Below are positions 30,578-53,589 of a stretch of 64,000 bases of DNA, piece by piece. The notes beneath the pieces were generated by a model. The model had not been told where the DNA came from, ran no database searches, and was given only the letters and a program-made list of their open reading frames with translations. Origin of the DNA: the human T2T-CHM13v2.0 reference genome, Homo sapiens; the NCBI RefSeq assembly GCF_009914755.1, contig NC_060934.1; one strand, written 5' to 3'. Positions within the stretch are counted from its first letter, which is position 1, and every line of letters begins with the position of its first letter. The position numbers and the translations under genes are program-made.

Positions 30578-33500
30578 TACAACCACTTCTTTAAGCTGTG
30601 CGTACTTTTACGCAGGAAGAGACTCTAGGGCATTTGTTTTTGGAGAAGAGCCGAAAGGAGAGGGGCCACGGGGAGCATGCCGACAGCCAGTGAAGGCTGA
30701 CTTCTGACAGCTTGGAGGCTCCATCCTCCTCCACACTGAACGGGGACAAAGGTGGATAGTCAGCCAAGCTTTTTTTTTTTTTTTTTTTTTCATTTTTTTT
30801 GCAAGGATCTGTGATGTATTTAGAACTATGAGTTTAGAATAGAAGATGAATTCATAAGGAAAAAAAGCCATCATGGTGATTTGTTACGAAAAACATCTGC
30901 ATTTCATTCAGATACTGTGATCCATCCGTTCCTTGCTCTTTTCCATTGTTAAGGAATATATAAACTCTACGGGAATCAGGATAAGTGACCCTTCAGGTCA
31001 CGAATCTTGGTCAACAAATCCCGTAAATCTGCCAAAGCAGAATAAGCTGTCTCCTGGGTAATAAGGAGGTAGAGATGTGCATCTCTGCATGAGACCACAT
31101 ATTTGCTCTGTGCACCTTCTCCCACCTCCCTGCCCTGGCTGGTAGGTTGGTCGTTGAGGATACAGTGCTGGCCTAGGCTCTATACAGATATCCTCCCTGA
31201 CTTCCAGAAGCTCATAATCCAAATAGTGCTAGAAGATAGGGCCAGGTGTCATGGCTCATGCCTGTAATCCCAGCACTTTGGGAGGACGAGGCAGGTGGAT
31301 GACGAGGTCAGGACTTCAAGACCAGCCTGGCCAATGTGGTGAAACCCCATTTATACTGAAAAAAAATTAGCCAGGCATGGTGGGGTGTGCCTCTAGTCCC
31401 AGCTACTAGGGAGGCTGAGACTTGAGAATCACTTGAATGTGGAAGGCAGAGGTTGCATGAGCCAGGATAGCACCATTGCACTCCAGCCTGGGCAATAGAC
31501 CAAGACTATGTCTCAAAAAAAACAAGATAAATGTATCCAGGATCCTGGAGCAGCCATGGGGATGCAACCTCCTGAGCCCTTTCCTCTAATAGGAAAAAGG
31601 CTTCCAATCGGTTCTGCTTCTTCAGCACAGCGACAGCACAAGCCCTAAGTTGTTTAACCACCTAATGAAAGCTAAGAAAACAATTTCCCCTTGCCCTCTG
31701 CCTACCAGAAAACACACAGAAAGGCAGCTGGTTTGAGAGACCTGCCCCAAGGCCCCAGCATGGATCATGACGGTTGCTAGAAGAGTGAGGGCTCTGATCT
31801 CCAAAGGCTACTCTGTCTCTTAGGCAACATCCCAGATACCTTGAACATCTGATGCAAATTCATTTAAATCTCCTAGTGAATCTCATCGTCTGTGATGGCC
31901 CCATCCTTTGCATTAGCTTCCTCTCGCTTTGCAATTTTAAAGACACATTGCAATGAAATGAAGTGTACGGGTTGGGCTGGGTTGTGTCAGGGGGTGACAA
32001 AGTCACATGTCTTCAGTGTCCGGGCAGTAACAGCAAGTGAAATGGAGGAGAGACCACAGTAAATTGGCCCCTTTAAAGGATAGTAGCCACTCAGTTCCAA
32101 CTGGCTCTTAACCTGATAGAATAAGTATCCAGTGTTTCTAGATGTTTCAATATTTCAAGCAAATCTGGAGACACAGGTTTTATATGAATTACCGCCATTT
32201 AAAAATGTTGGAAAGTAATTGAAAACTAATTACTGAGTACTCTGCAGGCCAAAGGACACAATTGCAGTTCAGAGGGGGCCTATCGGCTCCCAAGTTCGTT
32301 CTTACCTGGGGCTCCTGGAGGTCAAGCCCTTCCCTTCACTGCTCCTGCCTTTTGGCACCATCTGCTGGCCATTTCGAAATTGTTACCTCCTCATTGCGCC
32401 CTTTAAGAAAAACATACATATCATTTGTATGGAAGTACCTAACTGCTCTCAAAAGTGAGCATTTGTTGGTTTGGGGACAGGGATGGAATTGCTTTAGCAT
32501 AAATGCCGCACTTCCCCTGGGAATTTCACAGGCGTTAGAGGTGAATTTGATACCAAGGCTCTCTTGATGTCTGTAGCTACAGCGTCACCCCATCAGTGGC
32601 TGGCGTAGTTTGGTCCTCTGGCCGGCTGGGAGGGATCTCTCACACTTGTCTCGCCTTGCAACCCTTGAACTGTGCAGCTTTGTGAAAAAGAGCAGTTTTC
32701 TTAAACAAAGAAGGTCTTTGGTCAAGGTCTAGGAATGCTGTGTTAACCACACAAGTTTCTTTATTGCTCCAGAACTACTCAACTTTTCTGGCTTTCTGGG
32801 AATAAAGAACAGTGAGCAAATGTGCTTTTGAGCCTGGGAAGTTGGGCAGTTCTAAAGCGCAGACTCGCAGGGAAAAATAAGCATGGTGTTTCCTAACCTG
32901 GCTGTTACTGTTTCTACCTCTGCATTTGTATTCCCTGGGTCCCATTCAGCTTTCCTCCCCATCAAACTTCTGTCTTTTCAATCGAGGGAGTCTACTTAAG
33001 ACAAAAACAGCTTAGAATAATTAAGCTATCTCGGCACCAATTCTCCTTCAACATGTGCGGTATTATATACCAAAAATGAACTGCAGCCGCACAGTGGCTC
33101 TAAGTCCAATAATGGAGCTATCATTAGAGATATACGAAACACTAGACTAGTCTCAAAAGAACAAAAATTGAATTAGAAATTCAAATATTCTTTGAACTGT
33201 GTTATAAAATAGTGAAACTGAATAAAACCATTTGTGCTTGGCAGCCAGCTCCAGTAATTAGATAATTAAATCATTGGAAAATCCTAGACTGTAGAGCATA
33301 TCCTATTTGAGCATTTCATTTTCAAAACTGATGGATTATTCTCAGGAATAGAAATTTGTTGCAGACACAATGGGGTGGGTAGATTTCAATGGGACAAGGG
33401 GAACCTAAGCAGAAGATCAAGGAAACCACTAAAAGCTTGTTCATGTTATCTTCTGCTCTCCAATTTCACAGGAGTTATCGGTCTAAGAGTGGTTCTCAAT

Positions 33501-35109
33501 CCTGGCTACTCATTAGAATTATTTGAAACCCTTAGCAAAAATACCAGTGCTCAGGCACGATGGCCAGAGTCTGACTTCACTGGCACGGACTGGAGGCTAG
33601 GCACTGGTGACTCTAGAACATTCCAGGGTAAAAACTACTGTTTTTACCTCTTGGCTACAGGTAATATGAATGCTTAGTCCATGAAGACACCTCCTGGAAA
33701 TGTTGAGATAGCCAGCTATTACCAATGACTTAAAGCCTTGACTTCAAACAATGCACCTCATTCCCAGTGGCTAATCTAGTATGTTCTCTGCTAGCTACAT
33801 TTGGTATGAGAGCTATATGGAACCTTTATAGTGTGATATTCCCATTCCCAAATAACGGTTGGGTCTGTAATTAGCTAGCAACAATGGGAAAGGGTTTTGT
33901 CAAGGTTTTGTGCCTAACAGATGTTCTCCTCCAATGATGATTATGTTTGCCTGTTACCTTTCCTGATATCATTTTGAAAAAAAGCCCACTTTTTCTAAAT
34001 AATGAACATCTTTTTCCCAAAATGCCACAGTACTTGGATTTTACCAAAGTCATCCCATATCTACAGAAGTGACTGCACTTCTTCCCCTCCTTGTGGGTGG
34101 CTGAGGAGAGAGAGAGAAGCTTCTGGAAGAGATGGTACAGGTTCTGTGGAGGCCAGATAGGCTTGGCATAAAGAGAGGATGGCGACCTCCTACTTCTTTC
34201 ATCCCCAATCTCTTTATTCTGCTTCCTGATAAATAAAAAATTGGGTTGTTCATTACATTTGTAGGACTCCTGAGAATTTACTGTCCCTTCCCAAGAGAAG
34301 GAGGAGGTAAAATATCAACATAAAAAATAAACACAGTAGTGCATAGAGCCCTATGTATTTGAAATGATACAATTCAATACAATTTCCTTAATGTGTCTTT
34401 TTATGAGATGGCGCCTCGTGGAAATGTGCCAGGGTCTCATTTATCTTCTGACATGCATAACAATGGTCACGGGAATGCGGATCCCTGAGAACAGCATATT
34501 GGAGTTTCCCATGTGCAACAGACCCGTGTCCCCTGCCAAGCAGAAATAATAAACGGAACTAGTACAGGGCTTGACGATTAGGCTGCTTACAATGTGCCAA
34601 GGTCTAGTCAGATCTTCAGACAACAAGAAGCTTTCTAAGATGGGGAGACAGCACCCCAATAACATGGGTTATATAGCTGTGACCAGGCATCCCTTGTCTT
34701 GTTCCCTGAAGCCTGCAGGAACAGATCCAGGTGGGATCAGGAGTCGTTCTGAGGTCTGGCTTTCCTCCTGAATCTTTCTGATTTGTGGTATAACCACTGT
34801 TCCATGTCACTGCTAGACAGCAAAATCAGTCCAATTACATTATCCATTGTTGGCAAGACTGATAGTCTTAGATTTTACCTAAGAAATCAAAATTGAGTAT
34901 GTGAGATATAGGTCCATTTTCAGGTTGGGGGAATTAGGTTTAGGCATTTGCTAGTTTCTCCATGAAGTGATTTGGATAACTTATTTGGTCCAATTAAAAT
35001 TTTAATGGACAAGAGCATTATTTCTGTCTCTTATTTTACAAGAGTGCTTATAAAAATGGCAAAGCATTTTCAATAAATTATCTTTCTAGCTATGAGGAAT
35101 AACTGCAAC

Positions 35110-37602
35110 TCTACTTGCCCTCCCACTGTGGGCAACTAGAAAACTGAAAAATAAGCAAATGTATGAAACAAATGTTTTCAGAAATTAAACAACACAGGAC
35201 CGTAATCCTTAGGAGAATGGGGGGAAAAAACCTACAGTTGACCCAGCTTTCTGTCTGGAGGCACTTTTCAGATCTTGGTGCAGGAAGGAAAAACCCAAGC
35301 ATGGCACTGACAGTGAGTTGAGGAGATAAGACCAAAGTTTAGAGAGAGCTGAAACAGCTAGAACTGGTGGACTGGAGAACCAAACACAAGAAAGCTCTGC
35401 AGAGAAAGAAGTACATCAATAAATGGGTCTGTTATTAAATATTAAGCCAAGCATGTACAGTGTGAAAGCAACCGCTAAGCCAGGCAGAAACTAAGTCGGG
35501 GGCTGTAAGCCAAAAAGTTCCCGAAGTTCACACAGGCCTGGGAGATGTTCACGTTTTGAAAAGCAAAAAGCGAAGAGGCCTTGTTGAGCACCTGGGCATT
35601 TTGTAGAGATCGGAGAAGGACTGTGCCTCAGTCTTAGGACTAAACTAGCCCCAGAGGAAAGACTACCCTTGATTTAACCTAACTGCTTAAAAATAAGCCT
35701 TTAAAGGACAAAGCTGATCCACAAGTAACTGGACTGTCTGCCAGAGAAAGTCCAAAATCTGTAAAGGAAAACAACAAAATTCAGAGCTCCATGCCCAATA
35801 TCCACTCAAAAATTACTAGACATGTGATGATGCTGACAAATGTGACCTATAACATTAAGAAAAATTTGTCAAGAGAAACCAACCAGACATGGCAGGGATA
35901 ATGAAATCAGCAGCAAGGACTTCAAAACAGCTATTATAATTATTCTCAAGGATTTAAAGGAAGACATGAACATAATGAGGAAAGAAATGGAAGATATAAA
36001 AAATATCCAAGTGGAGCTTTCAAGAGCTGAAAAACAATATCCAAATGTGCTTAACAGAAGATTAATCACTGCCCAAAATGTCAGTCACCCTAAAAACAGC
36101 AATGGAAACTGTTCAAACTGAAGTATAGAGAGACAAGAGACTAAAGAAAATGAATTAAAATGTAGTGACCAGTGAGACAATATTAATAAAAGATGAAGTG
36201 GAAAGAGAAAAATATTCAAAAAGGTAATGACTGAATTTTTTCCAAATTTGATGAAAGCTGTAAATCCACAGACCAAAAAAGCTCAGTGAACCCCTAGAAT
36301 GGTAAGCACAATGGAAATTGCACCAAAGCACATGGTAGTCAAATTGCTAAAAACCAGAGATAAATGGAAAAATCTTCAAAGCAGCTGGGGGTGGAGAGAA
36401 AACCCATTACATACAGGAATCACAATTAAGAATTAATGCCAACTTCTCATCAGAAACAAAAGGCAAGTCAGGACACAGTGGAATGACGTCTTTAAAGTAT
36501 TGAAAGGAAGAAAAGTCTTTCAGAAAACAGAGAATACTTCCTAACTCATTTTATGAAGCCTGCATTACCCTAAGAGCAAAACCAGACAAAAATATTATAA
36601 GGGAAGAAAACCACAAACCAATATCCCTCACGAAAATATATGTAACAAATCCTTAACAAAACGTTAGTAACTGAATCCAGCAATATATAAAAAGAATAAT
36701 ACATTATCCTGGGGTTTTATTCCAGGAATGCAAGATTGTTTTAATACGAAAAAAATCAACGTATTTGACCTTATTAACAGAAAAATCGTATTTCAATAAA
36801 TGCAGAAAAAGCATGTAACAAAATTTAGCATCAATGATAAAAACAGCGCTCTAGAAGTAGAAGGAAGCTTCCTTACCTTGATAAACAATGTTTGTGAATG
36901 ACCTACAGAAAACATAGTTAATGGTGAAACACTAAACACATTCCCCATAAAATCAGGAGCAAGGCCAAGAAACCTACTCTGACATCTGTTTAACACTGTA
37001 CTGAAGATTGTAGCAAGTTCAGTATGGCTAGAGAAAGAAATAGAGTCACACAAATCGAAATGTAAAATGTCTAATTGGCTTTACTCACAAATGACATGAT
37101 TATATATGTGTAACATTAAATGGAATCTACAAAACATGCTACTAGAAATAAGTGACTTGAGCAAGATCACAAGAATCAAGTCAATGTACACAAATATTAA
37201 AATTTTGTTATATCCATTTGTACAATGAAATGCCACTTAGCAATAAAAGAATGAATCACTGAAAAACTCAGCAACAGGGCTGGATCTCAGAAAAACATAT
37301 TCTGAACAAAATAAGCTGGACACAAAGGAGCACATGTTATATAATTCCATTTTTATAACGTTCTAGAACACAAAGAACTCATCTATAATGACAGAAAGCA
37401 GAGTGGTGGTTTCTTTGGGCTGGGGCTTGGGGATTGATTGTAAAAGGTCTCAAAGGAATTTTTTAGGATGATAAAATATATAGCTGTCTTTCAGCAGTGG
37501 TTACATCAGTGTATACATTTGTCAAAATTCATCGAACGGTGCACTTAAGATGGATATGTTTTATTGTCTGTAAACTTTGTGCCTCAAGACAGTTGATTTT
37601 AA
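35110..37602 (+). mobile_element. Old L1M-type LINE, internally deleted (5'UTR, ORF1, ORF2 and 3'UTR remnants)
   Basis: A-rich. ORF2-like aatgcagaaaaagca...aatggtgaaacactaaacacattcccc. 3'UTR tatacatttgtcaaaattcatcgaac...cacttaagatgg. Confidence 0.8.
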
Positions 37603-38108
37603 CTATTGAAATGTAGGTATCACCTCTTAAGCAAAAACCAACTTAACAATTTGAGCTTCCAAAAAGTAATTTACTTGAAGCATTTAGAGAAAGATGGTGA
37701 TCCACATCATATCTTTAGCACTTTTTTACACTGTGCTCAGATAAGCAGGAACTGTCCTGCAGCCTGGAGACAGTGGCAAGAACACCAGACAGGGAGGGCA
37801 GGGGGACTGGGAAAGCAGACAGAGAACCTATGTAGACCTTGTTCATTCATGATTCACTCCTCATTGCCCACGTGCCAGCCGGTGAGCTATGACAGCTTCC
37901 CTCTTTAGTACCCTCAGCAGGATCCTGTAAGGCCCCGCTTTCTAGACAGGAGGATAATAAAGCCTAGGATTGAAACAGAGCCTCTCCCTCTCCTCCTCTT
38001 CTAGTGGAGTAAGTCTAGTTGTGTTTAAACATTATGCCCCGTTGTATTTTCCAATATTTCTTATCCTTCTCAGAAACGTTATATTGCGATTCATTCATAG
38101 AGCAAATA

Positions 38109-38580
38109 CAGTTGCCCCTTGAACAACATGGGGGTTGGGGTGCTGACCCCTCATGCAGTAAGAAATCCATAACTTTTGGCTCCCCCAAACTTAACTACTA
38201 ATAGCCTACTGTTGAGTGGAAGCCTTACCAATAATATAAACAGTTGATTAACACATATTTTGTATGTTGTACATATTATATACTATATTTGTTTTTTTCA
38301 CATGCCTGCTGTGTCAAATATATACTGTATTCTGACAATAAAGTAAGTTGAAGAAAAGAAAATGTTATTAAGAAAATCATAAGAAAGGGAAAATCATAAT
38401 ATTCATTAAGTGGAAGTGGATCATTATAAAGGTCTTCATCCTCATTGTCTTCTCATTGAATAGATTGAGGAAGAGAAGGGGTTGGTCTTGCTGTCTCAGG
38501 GGTGGCAGAAGAGGAAGGAAATCTACATATAAGTGGACCCATGCATGCAGTTCTAACCTGTGTTGTTCAAGTGTCAACTG
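38109..38580. mobile_element. Tigger2a (MER28)-like element
   Basis: ta|cagttgccccttgaacaaca ... tgttgttcaagtgtcaactg|ta: terminal inverted repeats with TA TSD. Confidence 0.88.
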
Positions 38581-39610
38581 TATATGTTGGGTACCTACCA
38601 TGTGCCACACGCTGCTTGTAGCTGTGAACAAAATGGCATGCTCCCTGCCTTGATAGAAGAACAACTTGGGGTGGTGGGGAAATTGATGAGTTGAATTCAG
38701 AAGACCTGGTTCTAATCCTAACTGTGCTCTCTAATTGCCGAGCACACCCTGAGCATGTCCTTTGACTTCTCAGGGCCTCACTTTTCCCACCTTTCAATTT
38801 TATGAATTTTAAATATTCCACCAATAATTTCTAGCATGATATCCATTGTTAATATCCACTATCTAACCAGACCCCAGATTTACGTAAGCTTGTTTTAAAA
38901 TTTGGGCAGGAGGGTTAGGTGCCCTGCTGTGCCCCATAGCTCATGGCACAGTGACATCATCTGTCTATTCAAAAGCCCTTTTCTTAGTCCATGAAATCAT
39001 CCTTGGTGGCAAATCGAATCATATGAGGAGTTTTAGAAATTCCCAACAACCAGACGGTACCTCAGACCAGTAAAATGAGAATCTCTCAGTTGGGACCCAG
39101 GCATTGGTCACTCTTAGACCCATTTAATTATCTACTCATTTTCCCCTCACAACCCTGTCATCACTCATTCCCGCCCCCTTCAAAGGCAGGAGCTCTGTGG
39201 GATTGGACACAGGGACTGAAGTTGAGCAAATCATCTTGATAGCACGTGGCTTTGCTGTGTGTGGTTAATCAACCGATATGAACAGTGCTGACCTGTAGCC
39301 CTGCCACATCCCCGCAGTGAGAGCAAGACAAGGCACAGGAGAGCTGATCCCAACACATATCTAAGCCCATGGGTCACAGCAGGTTTCAACCATTTAGAGA
39401 AGAATTTTGGATTCTTCATTGTTGCCTGTTCTTATCAATGTTACTGATTCATTCAGTTCATTCATTCAACAGATGTATTTTCAGTTTTCTGCTAATATGC
39501 CAGACACAGTGTACCAGAGACTCTGTGGAGGGCAGAAATTAACCAGGTGGAGGGAAGAGCATTCTGGGAGATGGGAATAGCAGGTGCAAAGGCCTGGCAA
39601 ATAGGAGTCT

Positions 39611-46548
<6,938 letters not shown>

Positions 46549-47719
46549 CTATGAAAAGAAATTGGGTCTAGATAATTTCTACATGAAAATAATAATTGGT
46601 CTTCTAATAACAGTCAAGTGAAATACATTCCAACAAACTGCATGCTTCTTTTTAACAAAGCTAGGATGAAAAGCCACTTAAACAAATAGAATGCTGTAAA
46701 CTGTGACGTCTATGAATATCTGACATTCTGTGGAGCAAAGCTGATATTTTAAAAGTCATATTGATTACCATGTCAAAAATTTATTTCCAGCATTCATTTT
46801 AGCCCCATGTCTCTGTTACATTTTTGAATGAACAAATTTGATTTTTAATGTTTTATCTAAAGTAGGTATCATAAACGTTTGCATAGAAGTGATATTGTTG
46901 TGTACAATTGTATCAATATACATTTCTGTATATTCCATAAAGCTGTGAAGTTTAAGCGTCTCCGTATGCAAGGTTGTGAAATCCAAGAGGCATATTGTAT
47001 AGAAGAGATCAAAACAGAATTCTAGGCAGACTGACTTTGAGTCAGATGACAGCTCCTTGAAGTATTAATTACGCACTGACAGACATGTTGGTTGTTCACG
47101 GAACCAGGAAAATATTTGGTCCTTAGCTCTTCCAGCAAAGCTTTGCAGGACTGGACCCTGTGTCCAGTCAATACAGGGAAGTCATTCTGTTTGGTTGTGC
47201 AATAGAAAAGAACTTTTCCACACGAAGTTACCATATTTATTTAGAGCCCTTCAGTGAGGTGGCACAATCTCTTCGTGTCAAGAATCCAATAGCTGTAGGA
47301 AGTTTCCCGTGGGTGTGTTCACAGAACACTGGGCCCCTTTCCATAGTTCACAGACGTGGACAATGAGCAGATGAGGCTTTCTCCCTCTGGTCCTGAAGTA
47401 GCATCATTTCATCTGAAATGGCCACAAGCAATTTTGGTTTATTTTTCATAACAGAATCAAAGACATCACCAAAAACTCCATCCCACTTCTTGCAGGGGAG
47501 GAATTTGTTATTTTCCCTTGGATCCTGTTGAACACATGTGGCATCCTGCCTGAACCCCTCCCGCAGCTGCCATGCGATCCAGAGCTCCATCCACTTGCCC
47601 ACCTAAGTGGAAAGGGCCTTCGAGGGCCATCAGTTTGCAGACGACACTGTGCATTCCTTTTTCTCTTTCGGACGCTGGCTCCACAATCCGGGCTCCAGGA
47701 GGTGGAATCGCTGTTCACT

Positions 47720-47738
47720 TACTGCCCCCTAGTGGTCC
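47720..47738 (-). promoter_or_regulatory. Strong CTCF motif
   Basis: Minus strand reads GGACCACTAGGGGGCAGTA, a full match to the CCASYAGRKGGCRS core. Confidence 0.7.
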
Positions 47739-48004
47739 GCATTTCTGAAAGTTCTTTATCCCTGTTTCCTTTGAGATTTTTCTCCGTAGATTTATAGGTG
47801 TTTAGGATGGGGTTAGTAATGTGGCCAAGGAGGTGGTTGTTTTCTCAAGGGTGAGACCTCGTCTCCGATCTCCGTCTCTTGGAGCTAGCATTCCCCTCTA
47901 TCCACAGACACCACGTCTGTCGTCATTTTTATTTTCTGCAATCATTTCTTCTCTTGGTAGCTTGGAGAAGAGTTCATCCTTGTTGATGAGACAATCAGTA
48001 TAAA

Positions 48005-48236
48005 CCAGAGGTTCTCATTTAGGGGCAATTTTGCTCCCCCTTCCCCAGGGACATTGGACAATGTCTGGGTCTGGAGACATTCTGGTTTGTCACAAGCTGG
48101 GGTAGGCAAGGTTTCTACTGGCATCCAGTAGATGAAGGCCAGGGGCGCTGCTAAACATCGTACCGTGCAGTTTCCCCACACCACAGCGAAGAATTACACA
48201 GCCCAAAATGTCAAATGCTGAAGTTGAAAAGCCTGA
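48005..48236. mobile_element. MER20, opposite orientation to the 8040 copy
   Basis: ggggcaattttgctcccc...ggagacattctggtttgtcacaa...tactggcatccagtag...gctgctaaacatc. Confidence 0.8.
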
Positions 48237-48661
48237 TATTAACCACTGTGGGCTTCTTGTTTTACTGCACCGCAGGTCGGTCTCCCTCTCTCTCTCTTTC
48301 TCTCTTTCTCCCTCTCTCTCCTACCCCACCCTCCCACCTATCCCTCCTTCTGTCCCTCTGTTGGCATCAGCACCACTGAATAAAAAGACTCGGTCCTCTG
48401 TTAGCCAGGCACAATCGTCCCTTTGGCCAATGTAGAACATTCCCTGGAAAACCCTCCTTGTACCTGCCTCACACCACTGCAAAATGTTCCCAGCCACTGT
48501 TAAAAGATGAGCGACCCCCCTCCACCACCACCACACGAAAGGCAGGGGGGAGGAGCTGGGGCTCTACACAAAATCAGAGGCTGAGACGGGCACTCGGCCC
48601 CTCCTCTTCCTCTGTGAGGCCTCGTGTTCAGCTCTATGTGCTGGTGTCCTTGCTCCCGCAG

Positions 48662-48792
48662 CGAGTTGGAAGACTTTGTTGAAGACTTGAAGAAGGACTC
48701 CACGGCAGCCAGCCGATTGGTTACTCTGAAAGACGTGGAAGACGGGGCTTTCCTCCTGCGTCAAGTGGGAGAGGCTGTAGCTACCCTGAAAG
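48662..48792 (+). CDS. KIAA1217: KIAA1217 coding exon (~exon 11, 131 nt; ELEDFVEDLKKD...EAVATLK)
   Basis: gctcccgcag|CGAG...GAAAG|gtaaac. Phase 2 to 1. Confidence 0.95.
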
Positions 48793-49096
48793 GTAAACTT
48801 TCTGCTGGGTCGGGGGAGGAGTCTGAGCTGTCTTTCCTGCGGTGTTTAAAAATCTGCCACATAGAGGATTCATTCATGTATGCAAGTATTTATTAAACGT
48901 CTACATGTGCCAGGCATTGTTCTGGACACTTGGGATACCCCACAGCACAAAGTAGGTGCACATCCCCCTCTTCTTGGAGCTGGTATTAGAGTGGGTGCTG
49001 TAAGATTTCACACTAAATGATTCCAGTAACACTTTCTATTTGCTAGGCTCTTACAGTGCACCGGGATGCATGTGCCAAACCCGTTAAAAACACAAG

Positions 49097-51872
<2,776 letters not shown>

Positions 51873-52862
51873 GAAAATGGAAGAGATGGTTGAGGCAGAA
51901 TGATAGGGAAAGGAGAGAACAAATCCTTGGGGATCTCTAAGAATCTAAGGGATTGGGGTAAAAAAAGAAACAGCAAAAGAAAGAGCACTGAGTAGCAGAA
52001 GAGTTATAGAATGCAATGTCTTTTTTCAAATAAAAAAAAGTAACATAATAAAAAGGGGATGAGGGACTAACTAAAAATTAGAGGTCAAGTACCATGTTTG
52101 ACATTGCCTCACACATAACTTTACAATGTTAATGTTAGTCCTAACGACAGGTCCTGAGGAAGTCATTATCATCACCATCGTCATCCCCATCTTCATCACT
52201 CCATTTTATGCAAAAGCACCTGAGGCTTAAAGAGGCGAAGTTCTCAACGTTATATAAAGCATGAACTAACTGCTATTCAAACACAGATCTGACACCAGAC
52301 ACTCTGTCTTTTCCACTACATCATGGGTGGGGAGGGACATATAGCTTCAAATGACTCCAAACACCAGAGGAAGTTGAGGAATAAACACGACCGTTAGATT
52401 TCGAGTCACTGTGTACCTTGTGGCAAGACTTGGTTGAATCCAGGTGGGGAAGCCAGTGAGCAACAGGTTGAGATACAGAAGAGCAAACAGAAGGAATTAG
52501 AATGTGGGCGGCCCACCCAAGATGCTTGGCAGTGAAAGGAGGAGGGAATAAGCAAACTTTTGGCTTAGAACTAAGCATATTTGAGGGCTGCATAGGCCAG
52601 AATCAGGCGGAGGAGTTAGAGAGGCTGCTGTTAGACTCATGATTCATTTTCTTCTACCCACCCCCCAAACAATGATGGAGTTGCAAGGGTCTGAGCACAA
52701 CTGCACCAGCAGAAAGGGATATGTCTATACATGTCCCTAAGCGGCTACTCTGAGCTTTGGGATGTGTGACTCTCACCTGGCTTTGGGATGACATAGCCTG
52801 CAAGTATACCACCATGAGAAAGTGACATGAGGGTTAATGCCGCTGTGCATGGTTTCTCCTAG

Positions 52863-53304
52863 ACATGTCACTGATGGGCTCCTGAAAGGCACGGACGCAG
52901 CCCAAGCCGCACAGTACATGGCTATGGAAAAGGCCACAGCCGCAGAAGTCCTGAAGAGTCAGGAGGAGGCAGCCCACACCTCCGGCCAGCCCTTCCACAG
53001 CACAGGTGCCCCTGGCGATGCGAAGTCGGAAGTGGTGCCTTTGTCCGGCATGATGGTTCGCCACACGCAGAGCTCCCCTGTGGTCATCCAGCCCTCCCAG
53101 CACTCCGTGGCCCTGCTGAACCCTGCTCAGAACTTGCCTCACGTGGCCAGCTCCCCAGCCGTCCCCCAGGAAGCAACCTCCACTCTGCAGATGTCGCAGG
53201 CTCCGCAGTCCCCACAGATACCCATGAATGGGTCTGCCATGCAGAGCTTGTTCATTGAAGAAATCCACAGTGTGAGTGCCAAGAACAGGGCAGTGTCTAT
53301 CGAG
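52863..53304 (+). CDS. KIAA1217: KIAA1217 coding exon (~exon 13, 442 nt; HVTDGLLKG...KNRAVSIE)
   Basis: tttctcctag|ACAT...ATCGAG|gtagag. Within ORF 52837..53331. Confidence 0.95.
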
Positions 53305-53484
53305 GTAGAGTCCTATTTCTGTTTCTCATAACCCCATAAAGGAGTCTGATACATGGACCTTTCCCTTAAAGCATTTATAGGTCAGATGATGACATGATTG
53401 TGTATGGATCAGAGACAGGGTTTTGGAAGTGGAAGTGGGATTCAGTGGCCAGGTTAAGAGATAGGTCATGTGGTTTCAGAGAAG

Positions 53485-53589
53485 GGTGAGACACCTGGCC
53501 TGTAGGAAGGTGAGACACCTGGCCTGTAGGAAGGTGAGACACCTGGCCTGTAGGAAGGTGAGACACCTGGCCTGTAGGAAGGTGAGACA
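53485..53589. repeat. 24-bp VNTR, 4.4 perfect copies of ggtgagacacctggcctgtaggaa
   Basis: Seen directly in the sequence. Confidence 0.97.
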
